Shown: piece by piece, positions 12,361 to 22,769 of the stretch
Position numbering within the stretch: position 1 is the stretch's first letter
How the letters are laid out: each line of letters begins with the position of its first letter
NCBI RefSeq assembly: GCF_964195595.1
Contig: NC_134312.1
Span: forward strand, 201,281,140 to 201,345,139
Direction: 5' to 3'
Source of the DNA: Calonectris borealis
Lineage: Eukaryota
Length of the DNA: 64,000 nt
Notes under the pieces: model-generated
What the model saw: the letters and a program-made list of their open reading frames with translations, nothing else
What the model was told of the DNA's origin: nothing
Databases searched by the model: none
Translations under genes and position numbers: made by a program

Positions 12361-13082
12361 GTAGTAAGTCCTGTATCTTGATTTGATTTTTAAGGTGGAG
12401 GAAAAAGCCTAAAATAAAACAAGTTACTTGTACTTAAATGACTATCTGGAGGGTGACTGGTGAAGCTTTTGACTCACCTTATGTTCTTCAACTGCAGTTT
12501 TATTGTCCTACCAGAACATGACTATGTAGTAGTCAATGCAGAGTGTTTTACCTGTGTCTAGTAGTTGCAACATTCTTTGACTGAGGAGAGAAAATAAAAT
12601 AATAATATTCTGCCCTCTTGAATTTTGCAAAATGTTTTACTGTTTGGGAGAGGGGAAAAAGATGGATGTTTATATGCTCCATGTAGGGCAACTGTGCAAG
12701 AATCTTGTAAACAGCTGAATTGATTCTTACATTAATTGCTGTAGGTAGCATTCAGATCTTATGAAACTTCATCAACTGTTTCGTACCTTGATATGGATGA
12801 CTTAAGGCCGTTGAGCACCACGTACAACACACCACTGAATTCCACTTTAGTCCAGACTACAGCTGACCACAGCCAACCAATTATTGCCAAGTCTCAGTCT
12901 GGCTTACCACTTGAATTATACTAGGAGTTGCATAAAACCCAGATTGTGTTTATGCCTTCCTATACTTGTCTTCCTCCCCTGATGCTCCTTGTTTCCTAAA
13001 ATGCCTGTCAGCCTAGGGAAAAAACATGTATAAAGACAAAGCTCGATTTCAGTTTATGCTTAGGTTATTGTTGTCGTTTCAG

Positions 13083-13181
13083 GTCACCTCTCCTAACGAA
13101 GGTCATGTGTCACTACCATCTGGACCTGCATATACAGACAATGAAGAGATACAGAGAGAAACTGCTTATCCTGATGGAAAG
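13083..13181 (+). CDS. CENPJ: CENPJ coding exon, 33 codons
   Basis: Acceptor tgtcgtttcag| and donor gaaag|gtgaaatg. Translates VTSPNEGHVSLPSGPAYTDNEEIQRETAYPDGK, leading into the G-box. Confidence 0.7.
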
Positions 13182-13292
13182 GTGAAATGAGAGTTCGGCA
13201 CTCTGAAATTCCACAGGACAGCTGTTGTGTAAGAGGAATGAGTACGTGAGTGTGATGGCTCAATACTGACCTCTCTGTAATGTATGCATTAG

Positions 13293-13433
13293 GTTGAAAA
13301 AGTTTTGAAAAATGGCTGTCACCTCATATTTTTCCCCAATGGGACATGGAAAAAAGTGGATTCTGATGGGAAGACTGTAACTATAACCTTCTTCAATGGG
13401 GATGTGAAGCAGATTATGCCTGATCAAACAGTG
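13293..13433 (+). CDS. CENPJ: CENPJ G-box/TCP10 C-terminal domain, exon 1 of 4
   Basis: Acceptor atgcattag| and donor cagtg|gtacgt. Translates [47 protein letters not shown], matching the recalled human CENPJ G-box ([47 protein letters not shown]). Confidence 0.9.
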
Positions 13434-13543
13434 GTACGTATCCTACATTTTCTGCACTTTTCTAAAGACTTACTTATGTGCACGTGTGTACACATATACA
13501 AAATTTCTCACTAGTTATGTTAAATCTCAACTGTTTTCTGCAG

Positions 13544-13628
13544 ATTTATTATTATGCTGATGCTAAGACTACACATACTACATACTCTGATGGCTTAGAG
13601 GTCTTGCATTTTTCAAATGGACAAATAG
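13544..13628 (+). CDS. CENPJ: CENPJ G-box, exon 2 of 4
   Basis: Acceptor ttttctgcag| and donor aatag|gtaaag. Translates [28 protein letters not shown] (human [28 protein letters not shown]). Confidence 0.9.
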
Positions 13629-13725
13629 GTAAAGAAATCGTCCAACGCAACCAACCCTCAAAATTACTGCCCATATGTATACCTGTGTTTATGTAATAAG
13701 CATATTGCCTCAAAATACATTTCAG

Positions 13726-13846
13726 AGAAGCATTATCCTGATGGCAAGAAAGAAATTACTTTCCCTGATCAAACTATCAAAAATTTATTTACGGATGGGC
13801 AAGAAGAAAGTATCTTTCCAGATGGTACTATTGTTCGTGTTCAGCG
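13726..13846 (+). CDS. CENPJ: CENPJ G-box, exon 3 of 4
   Basis: Acceptor tacatttcag| and donor cagcg|gtaagc. Translates [41 protein letters not shown]. Confidence 0.9.
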
Positions 13847-14477
13847 GTAAGCTTTACCTCTTCAGGTACCCTAGACTATTGATGGGAAAGTTGCAGTTAG
13901 GGCTGACTGACAGAGGCAGCGTATGGTGACACATCTATTTCTACAAGTTTGCATTGGAATATACTGTACTGTGAACATGTATTTACTGTTTGAAATTTTG
14001 GGGTTTTTTTTTTTTTTGGTAGCTTGGAGGAGACATAAAGACTGAATGCCTGTGTGTATTCTCTCATACCCTAATCTAGAGATTTTTCAGATTTGTGCAT
14101 AATTCTAGGGAACATGCGAGAACCTAGTTGGTGCGGCAAGCAGGTCTGACATCTAAACTGACAGGCTCAAACCATTAAGTTTTAAACTTTTCTTGGACTG
14201 TTACAGCAATAGATTTAGCGCAGAGGAAGTGTGGTAGAGGCTCTCAAGTATGAGGAAGTTTTTGCAGAAACAGGTTTTTGAGTACCAGCCAGCTGGGCTG
14301 ATATTTAACAAAATAGGCTCTTCACAAATACTGTATTTTTTAAAGTTTTTCCTTCATTTAGGCTTGCATATTTAATGTTTGTTCTAAGATTAAGCTTAAA
14401 CCTATGTATAGTCCTTACAATGTGTTGTGGGTGTTGTTTTTTTTTTTTAAATACCTATATGCATTTATTTAATGCAG

Positions 14478-14670
14478 AGATGGAAGCAAAACTATAGAGT
14501 TCAATAATGGCCAGAGAGAACTACATACATCACAGTTCAAGAGGCGGGAGTATCCAGATGGTACTGTCAAGACCGTTTACATGAATGGACAGCAGGAAAC
14601 GAAGTATGTCTCTGGGAGAGTAAGAGTAAAGGACAAGGATGGTAATATTATCATGGACACTAAGTTGTAG
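14478..14670 (+). CDS. CENPJ: CENPJ terminal coding exon (G-box end). Stop TAG at 14668-14670. The 3'UTR continues downstream.
   Basis: Acceptor tttaatgcag|. Translates [64 protein letters not shown], almost identical to the recalled human CENPJ C-terminus. Confidence 0.9.
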
Positions 14671-14782
14671 GTAATGTCAAAACTGTTGGAAGTGTTAGCA
14701 CATCAGCAAAAATAATGTACATTCCTGTAAACGAGAAACCCCTTTACGCTTCTTGTGTATATATTGTTTATAGTTTTCCTGA

Positions 14783-14788
14783 AATAAA
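14783..14788 (+). promoter_or_regulatory. CENPJ: Candidate CENPJ polyadenylation signal AATAAA. A second AATAAA lies at 15082-15087.
   Basis: First canonical hexamer downstream of the stop codon. Actual 3' end usage is not determinable from sequence. Confidence 0.35.
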
Positions 14789-15973
14789 TTTATTTTTCAG
14801 TGGGTGTTACTACATCAGAGCTTTTTCTAATTTTTTTCCTATTTCTACTTTTAAGAACCACTTTATTGTTTCAGTATTCTGTCATGTGTGGTTTAAAGCG
14901 TGTTTTTATAATCAGTTGTCAGTGAAAACTTGTCAAACAGCTGTAGATTACCTTATTTTAGGCATCTAAAAGATTCCTCAATCCAAGGTGCTGCTGGAAT
15001 CCCTGCTGTGGTGAAATACAGCAGGCAGCCAGATTTAAGAGTCTGGGTATCAGTTTACTTACTGCTCGACTTAAAAGAGTAAATAAATGGCAGCATTCCT
15101 TTTCAGTTAGCCTTAGGCTACTCTTTTTCCTTCATAATCTTGTTTTTTCTTAATTTCACAGTTAGGAGGCAATAGCATTAGCAACCCCAAACTCTGTTCT
15201 GTAAACTGACAGATGAGACTGTATGACAGGTTAATTCTCCAAGCTACCAGAAATGTGGGAGGAAACACCAGAAATCAACAAAGGTCATCTCATCCAGTTC
15301 TTCCACCTAACAGGCATTTTTAAACTGACTTGTCTTTTAAAATTCTGCTGTATCTACAAGCAAAGTGGTACTGCTAGGGTGTCTGCTCTAACTCTCCAGT
15401 GTAGTGGATGCTGAAGAACTTGTTTCATTCTCTTGCATAGGAGAAGATACTCACTTTCTTCCCCTCGTTCCCTTCCCCCCTGCCTTCTCCTCCATGAAAG
15501 CAAACTCTGCAGTTACTGTGCCTGTGCCCTCTTTTAGTCAACGGATAAATCAACTTGCTCACTCACAACTAAAGTTGCTTGGTTGTGTGGACTGGCAGTC
15601 TTAAACAGCAGCTCTCATGTAATTTGGGGCCAAGTCCCTTTCCAGATGGTTGATAAACAACTTCTTTTTTTTTTCTTTTTTAATGAAAATAAGGAAAGAA
15701 ACACATTTTGAAGATAAGCACACAACAGCTATAGGGTATTTGCAACAGCATATAGCACATGTCTGATTAATACCAGAATATGTACTAAAACTTCTACTAG
15801 TATAAACAGGCAAGCTACCCCTGCAGCATGCCTGAGCAACACTCTTGGGAGAAGTTTCGTACACTTGCTTTCATGTGATCTCGAGGGAAGAGACATGCAT
15901 AAGGGTATGTGTGTATGTGCACAAACATGGGAACAAACTGAAACACAGGAGCTTCCCTCTGAACATTACGAAA

Positions 15974-16041
15974 CACTTCTTTACTGTGAGGGGGACTGAG
16001 CATAGGAACTGGTTGCCCAGAGAGGTTGTGGAGTCTTCATC
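15974..16041 (+). mobile_element. Short CR1 LINE 3' fragment in the CENPJ-RNF17 intergenic spacer
   Basis: Matches the CR1 tail motif ...ctttactgtgagggggactgagcataggaactggttgcccagagaggttgtggagtc (encodes the LPREVVES motif). Confidence 0.6.
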
Positions 16042-17104
16042 ATGTACGTTTTTTTCCTTGATAATCTAGACAAAATTCTCCATGGGGAGACTGAAAGGGG
16101 CTGAGCTTTAAATGTAGAGGATATACTACACTAGTAAAGAGACATCCAAAGAAACCTTACATACAATAGCAGTAAGGAAAACAAGCTTGCATGCTGAGCA
16201 AGCTCCTGTTTATTCCAACACTTTCAAGTGAACACTGCAGCTCCAGGACCAAGGACATCCAAAACACATCCATCTCATCATGACTGAAAACAGAAAACAC
16301 AGCAGCAATGCAAACATGTTCGAGAACAAAGACAGTAACACTCCCTCACCCCTAACTGTTCACTCCTGATCCCAGACTAGGTTACTGGAGAAGTCTGTCA
16401 CCAAATATGCCTGAAACACAAACAAGAGTTACATCGCAGTAATAAACCTATCATCTTCCCTCCAAGTCTGCTAATGAGATACTAGAACAAGTGTGCCCAG
16501 CATCAGCTTTTTATCTATTTCCTTACTACTATACATTAATTCCATCTACTCTTATGAGAAGGATATCACAGAACAATACTTAAGGCTCTGAAAATGAGAG
16601 ATTGAGATGTGAATATATAGTTTCACTATTTCAAGATTTAGAAGCGTTGAGAACATTATCTATAAACATAGATTAGAAGAGTGCTTATTAAATGGGAGGG
16701 AAAAGGACTACTTAACATGGAGTTGGCCAAGAAATTTGAAAATCCAAGTGTCCAGTATTCTCTGTAGACAACACATACTATAAAGCTTTTCATGTAAAAT
16801 ATTCCATGTTTGACTAGACGTATGGACATCCATATGTTATCACGGATCTATCTGAGAACCACTGGCACAGGACATTGAGATCAAATGCTGAAAATGAAGC
16901 AAAACAATTAATTTTGATTGATTGTTTGGGCACAGACACTGCCACACATCTGCCAGTTACCTTCTTCAGTTACTAGCAGCAAAAGCTCTTTTTGTTATAT
17001 TGCCTTAGGGCTCTTTGTTTCAGTACCTATTAGTTCTTAAAGCTATACTGTGGGCTTTAGTAATGTGTACGTAAAGAAATGCAATTTTTTTAACAGCATT
17101 TTTT

Positions 17105-17118
17105 TTTATTATTTTATT
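17105..17118 (-). promoter_or_regulatory. RNF17: Candidate RNF17 polyadenylation signals: two overlapping AATAAA on the minus strand
   Basis: Plus-strand tttatt at 17105-17110 and 17113-17118, about 155-165 nt downstream (in gene orientation) of the RNF17 stop codon. Confidence 0.4.
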
Positions 17119-17270
17119 AAAAGAGTGGAAGTGTGGACAGAAGGGATTTTTTTTTTTTAAATAAACTCTAGTTGTAAACATCACTGACAGTTAAGACTTT
17201 CCTTAAAACTTTTGAAATCATACCTTCGTAATGATATGAATTTGTAGTTTATATTCACTGTACTTACATG

Positions 17271-17369
17271 TCACTCATCCAAATCTGCAAGTCCCATTTC
17301 TATCAGTTTCATATGAACTAGGTTTTGGTCGTCTTCAAACAAAGAAATGGTGACTTCTGGTGAAAGAGC
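17271..17369 (-). CDS. RNF17: RNF17 terminal coding exon. Stop TGA at plus 17271-17273. The 3'UTR continues to about 17090.
   Basis: Minus-strand acceptor ttttcag| at 17370-17371. Translates ALSPEVTISLFEDDQNLVHMKLIEMGLADLDE*, matching the recalled human RNF17 C-terminus ([32 protein letters not shown]). Confidence 0.8.
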   Translation of the reverse strand, partial: ALSPEVTISLFEDDQNLVHMKLIEMGLADLDE

Positions 17370-17745
17370 CTGAAAACCAGAAGTTGACAGAGTTCTGACC
17401 GTAACAGATTTAAATCTCAGGCTAACCAATAGTAAAAGTTATTTTACTGGCTATACTACTCACTGCCTAAATGGAGCTGTGAATACACAAAGAATATTTC
17501 TGTTTTTAAGTAAAGAAAACTCATTTTGAAACAACAGGAATGCTCAGAAGCTTTTTGTTTGCAGGATTAAGAAGAGCACCAGGTGATTTTCTCTCTTCAT
17601 CAGCATTCCTCTGTGGTAAATGGTTCACATTTTTAAATCATGAGGGTTCATAGTAAAACAAATACTCAGAAATTACACTCAGAGTGCTAGTAAGCATTTT
17701 AGGCTGAGCAACAACTAGGAGGAAAAAAAAAGAAGTGTTTCTCAC

Positions 17746-17935
17746 AAGCATGGAAGCAGAGAGCTGTTTTCCTTCAACACACTCCATCATAGCCCACAAT
17801 GCTTCCACACTCCATTCCGGGGAATAAGGAATTCTCTCCACGTTTTTGTTGTATAAAGCAGGTTTAAATCCAGCCAGCAGAGCTCGTACTGCCTGAACAG
17901 GGTACTTCAGTAGATGGTAAGGTATGTGACGCAAT
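17746..17935 (-). CDS. RNF17: RNF17 coding exon (C-terminal, after the last Tudor domain), phase 2 in, phase 0 out
   Basis: Minus acceptor ttttgttttag| and donor cttg? ctt|gtgaga. Translates (R)LRHIPYHLLKYPVQAVRALLAGFKPALYNKNVERIPYSPEWSVEALWAMMECVEGKQLSASML. Human: [60 protein letters not shown]. Track ORF 17638-17982. Confidence 0.88.
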
Positions 17936-19275
17936 CTAAAACAAAAATGAAAAATGTTTGCCTGCAACAATCCACCTGTCAAGCTAAACTGTCAGTATGT
18001 ACATAACGGTTCATACAGGAGATTTACAGTGCAGAAACTGGGATCAGAGCCCTTGCTCTACAGTAACATGCCAGTGTCACACCAAACAATTTATCAGTAA
18101 GGGCTAGGCCCTCTAAAGGACTTCAGCAAGTAACGATCAAGAAGCAGGCCAGTATCACACAGACCCCTCAGCCCGCCAGGCCCACTGGCTTGCCATTACA
18201 ATGCTTGGGGAGGAGTCTCCAGCACCCAAGACAGATTCGAGCACAGGAATGCAAGTGCAAGTCATCACAATGCAGGCTCCAAATCTGGTGCGTCTGGAAA
18301 ATGACATAGACCTTTGTGGTCCAAAGTGCTTCACGCCTGGATGTACTCTAGACACACTACTGGAAATTGGTACCTCAGTTTTATATTATCATCTCCCCAT
18401 TCTTCTATCTTTCTATACCAGAAGCAAGGGAATGGCGAAGCAGAGCAGAAGTGCAACCCTGAAATAAAACACACACCCTCTCCCATGACCCTAACAGTCC
18501 TTGAAGCAGGAAATCTGTTCAAATTCCCATTTTGCCTCATCTTCAGCAAGGACCTAGAGATCTCCCAATGAGCTCAAGAGCAATTCAGTGTGATTAAGCA
18601 GTGTGTGTATATATATATGTAAAGTGAGAGTGCTTGAAGAGAGAAAATTCAAGACAAGCTTAGGAGACCCTAAACGCTTGGGGTGCTTGAGACCCTTAGC
18701 TGACATCTGTGTGTCAGCATAGGATCAGTTCCTACAGCGGCTCAGCACCAGGCAGAACAGGGATTTGAACTTCCAATTTCCACACAAGCAGCACAGGGTG
18801 TGTGCCACTCAGATACTCCCTTATCTTATTCCCCAGCTGTCTTCTACGCAGATTGCATCGCAGAGGATCAGAGGATTTGTTTGTACACCTGGAGGGCTCA
18901 GTCCCTGTTTTGTGTAAGCTTCTTGGGTGCAAAAGCAGATTATAAGCATGAGCCTACTTCACAGGTTAAGTAACCTGAAAACAATGAAGAAATCTGATAT
19001 TATAATAATGGGCTTCTCAGAAAAACCTGAGAAAGAGAAGCAGGTGCACAACCCCATACCCTGTAGACAGAAATTATTTAACCAGCCAACTAACTTTCTC
19101 TCCAACTGAAATCTAATGCTAAATTATTATAAATAATATATCTAGTCATATAAAAATAAATAGTAATAAATGTAAAAATACATACACATATTATAAAATA
19201 CATACTTACAAATAAAAGTGTATACATACATACACATATAGACATTTTACATGCTTTTTTTCCTTACGTATTTAC

Positions 19276-19411
19276 CTGCTTGTTGGGACAACTGAAAAAC
19301 TACCATAGTCAACAAACTGAATCAGGATCTTAACAGGGTCAAATTCTTCAACGGCGAGGAGCTTTGCTCTATACCATAAACCATCCTGGTATTCCACAAG
19401 GCAAGGCATTT
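19276..19411 (-). CDS. RNF17: RNF17 coding exon: core of the last Tudor domain
   Basis: Minus acceptor tttttatag| and donor cag|gtaaatacg. Translates (E)[44 protein letters not shown]. Human: [44 protein letters not shown]. Confidence 0.88.
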
Positions 19412-20226
19412 CTATAAAAAGAAAAAAAACCACCACAAAACACCCCAAAATATACTCACAGTCCAGTACAAACTAACTGAACTTGAAAATCCATTTTACT
19501 TTGTGACCGAGATTAAGATTTTTTCTTTCTTCTCTAATTCGTACTACTATTTTGTTCTATGCATCCTCCAACTCTCTCTGAACTCCAACTCACAATCATC
19601 AGTATGCAATTTAAGTCAAGTTTCTCTACCTCACATGGCAATGATGAGAATTAACAGAAAACTAACAGATAGTGATCCAAACTGTTTAACGTTTAAACTT
19701 TTCAACTTCAACCCATTTGCACATTTCAGTTAGTAAACAGATCGATCTGTAAGAGAATAGACAATAGTCTGGAGGACACTGGGCAGATGCTGCCTAAAAT
19801 CTCAACCAGAGTTTTACTAGTTGGTAGAATCAAGTACAGCAATAATGGGTTTCTTCACAAAGTTCTACACCCACATACTTTATGTTATTTTAGGCCCAAC
19901 AGCTGCGGACAAGAGAATTAAAGCCCATCTTTTGCCCAATCAGAGAAATCCAGAATTAAAGTGAAGTGATGCTCTTTAGGGTTCACATAATTTCTAACTC
20001 TTGGTAACATGATTTTCTGTACATAACTTGTGTCTTTCAAATATTTTTCACAGTTACAGCTTCAGTGACAGTCACCTTAAGGGAAAAGTCTTATTTTTGC
20101 CATATGCAATCTAAACTCAGTTCACCAACTTTAACAGGCATCAGAAGTCTGAGTTCTTTCCATCATTTTCCAGTGGAGCAGAATGACACAGAAGTCTCAA
20201 TTTCATGAAAAGTAAAAACATAGTAT

Positions 20227-20585
20227 TATAGAATAGAAGAATCATCTAGGAAGAAAAAGACCTTTAAGATCATCGAGTCCAACCGTTAACCTAGCACTGC
20301 CAAGGCCACCACTAAACCATGTCCCTAAGCACCACCTCTACACGTCTTTTAAATACCTCCCGGGATGGTGACTCAACCACTTCCCTGGGCAACCTGTTCC
20401 AGTGCCCGACAACCCTTTCGGTGAAGAAATTTTTCCCAATATCCAATGTAAACCTCCCCTGGTGCAACTTGAGGATGTTTCCTCTTGTCCTGTCACTTGC
20501 TACTTGGGAGAAGAGACCAACACCCACCTCGCTACAACCTCCTGTCAGGTAGTTGCAGGGAGTGAGAAGGTCTCCCCTTTTTTTT
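20227..20585 (-). mobile_element. CR1 LINE 3' fragment, inverted relative to the plus strand
   Basis: Reverse complement of the CR1 terminus: ...gatcatcgagtccaaccgttaacc...ccatgtccctaagcaccacctctacacgtcttttaaatacc...ggtgactcaaccacttccctgggcaacctgttcc. Track ORFs 20312-20527 and 20319-20552 are CR1-derived. Confidence 0.8.
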
Positions 20586-20774
20586 TTTTACACTCCTTTT
20601 TTTACACTCCTGATTATAGTGTATCATATGATTATAGTGTAGTGTTACTCCTAACTCTCCAAAAGTTTTACTTAAAGATACATAGAAATATAATTATTCC
20701 TATTCTTCAGAAACAATTTCAGGCTTTTTGTATATCCACATGAAACAACAGGGAAAATAAACACACTAACATAC

Positions 20775-20931
20775 CTGTTTGGAAGTGCGTTAAAAGAGGA
20801 AGAGACTCCACACTTTTATTGCACCATTTCAGGGCTTCATCAAGGCTCTCCAACTCCGAGTCACAGTTGGCATCTCCCTCTGTGGTAGACTGCTTCATAA
20901 GGTTCTTAGAAGGATCAAGGGAAATATATAC
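20775..20931 (-). CDS. RNF17: RNF17 coding exon (end of the Tudor-5 N-terminal half plus an acidic linker), phase 0 in, phase 1 out
   Basis: Minus acceptor ctttgagtag| and donor caaacag|gtatgtt. Translates VYISLDPSKNLMKQSTTEGDANCDSELESLDEALKWCNKSVESLPLLTHFQT. Human: [56 protein letters not shown]. Confidence 0.82.
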
Positions 20932-22658
20932 CTACTCAAAGAAAAGGCTCTCGTATTACAATTTTTGCAGATGACTTAGAACCTTCAAATTCCATCAGCG
21001 ATCAAGGATTATTAGAAGATTACTTGTTCCCATCTTTGAAAGGTTCAGCACATCCTTGCTCCCCTTTCTTCTTTCAATTTACGAATAATTTCTTATTTAC
21101 ACAAAATTTTTTCCAAAAGCAGAAGAGTCATGATTTATTAACACCACATTTCAATGTTAAAAAGTAAGAATGAAAGGAACGCACATACTAGAGAATATAC
21201 CCATATGAGATTTCACAGCTGTGTCTTATTAGGATTCCTCCCTCCTGCTACTTGGTAAATAATCTCACTTCATAATATCAAACCAAAGATTAATTTTAAA
21301 GTTAATGAAAGAACAACTTCTGAAATGGTGTTTTGTTTGCTATGCGAAGACATTCCATTCACCTAATTTATAACTGGATCATCAGTATAATGCTGTAGGT
21401 CAAGGAAATGAAAGTTTAAACAACATGCACAGGCGAATTAAAATCTACATAACAGCTTCTAACTGAAATGTCTTTTTTTTTTTTTTTTTAAAGCAGAGCC
21501 ATTTCAGAAATTACAAACAAATTAATGGGTAGGTTATTATTTTTTCTAAACTCAGCATTATAATTCACTAGCCCGGAAGAAAATTAATTTTGATTTTCTA
21601 ATTTGTACACAATATAATCAAGCTGCAACTCCATCATGCAACTGCTACTTAAATCTATAGGGAGTCCAGAGCAGATCTAGTGTTTACAATTATATAACAT
21701 GTTCAAAAGCAAGAGTTAAATCATTTGCACAAAATGAACCAACAAATATTCATTATTTCTCCTAGAAGAGAGGAAGCAGAATACACAATTTAAGAAAAGC
21801 CCTTTTCTAACATACCCAAACACTTCCATCTTGTACTTAGTCAAAACAGTTGTATATGTACACTATATATCTTTTTTTTTTTTTTGAAGATGTGTATACT
21901 CAAGTGAATTAGTGGGGTGAATTTATATTAGACTATGATGCTGAATTTAAAGCAATCACTTCAGTACCATAAAACCTGTTATTTGCTTTACAGATTTACC
22001 AAAACAACGACACAAGCACTTCAGTATAAATCAATCCACTCAGAAGATGGCAGATTTTGTAACACGATCAGCTTCTCACTGCTTCCTGTTCTCCTATTTC
22101 GTCATTCAACATTCAAAGTCCACATAAGAATCTTTTATTTGATCAATGAACATTACATTCCGCCTTGTGCCTGGGAGACTACTAGACGGAAGCTGTGTGG
22201 GTTTACACAAAAATCAATGATCAATCATCGACCAAAGGCAGTAAAATACAACTGCAACAGCCAGAAAATGTTCACATTACTGTACAATGTTCCAGTAATG
22301 TAATTTTTGGAGAATAAAGAAGAGATAAATCATTATTGTTCTGCCAAGTTAAGATCCAATGACCTATTTTCTTATTATACAAGGTGAGTACCAAACTGCA
22401 GTATTGTAATTCTTGAAATTAATTTTTTTAGGGAAATGGTCAGTATTTATTTTTCCCAAGAGGCTATTTCAACTAAGAGTTCATTCAGCTAGTTGCACTG
22501 CACAATCGTCTGTATCAATAACTCAGTAGCATCTTGCAACCTTACTAATCCTTTTTTTATATTATCTAAAACTGTTAGCCATGATTTCCTTTTCACCAGC
22601 ATGATGGGACTGCAACATTTCCTGTCTGCAACATATATGAGATGTTTACAAAACGTAC

Positions 22659-22769
22659 CTCCTTAGGGGACACTAAATGGGTAACTCTGACAGGAAAGGT
22701 ATCCCCTGGAATAGGTAGCGGTGGCAACATGTATGAAGGCGAAACAGCAACATCTCCTTCAAGTAGCTC
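22659..22769 (-). CDS. RNF17: RNF17 coding exon (start of the last Tudor domain), 37 codons, phase 0
   Basis: Minus acceptor ggtctag| and donor aaggag|gtacgtttt. Translates ELLEGDVAVSPSYMLPPLPIPGDTFPVRVTHLVSPKE. Human: [40 protein letters not shown]. Confidence 0.75.

Noticed and set aside
19503-20160. Minus-strand stop-free stretches (e.g. LLMPVKVGELSLDCIWQK, LPCEVEKLDLNCILMIV) examined as the missing Tudor-5 start exon
   Set aside because: No Tudor signature and no usable splice sites. The true Tudor-5 start exon was found at 22659-22769 (…VRVTHLVSPKE) and 20775-20931 (VYISL…).
21935-22303. 122-aa plus-strand track ORF and other scattered ORFs of 60-110 aa (e.g. 26183-26503, 20402-20743, 45934-46338 upstream part)
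   Set aside because: They are intronic or repeat sequence with hydrophobic or low-complexity translations and no homology or splice support. Several rely on TTG or context-free ATG starts. The 45934-46338 ORF is meaningful only in its exon portion (46001-46191).
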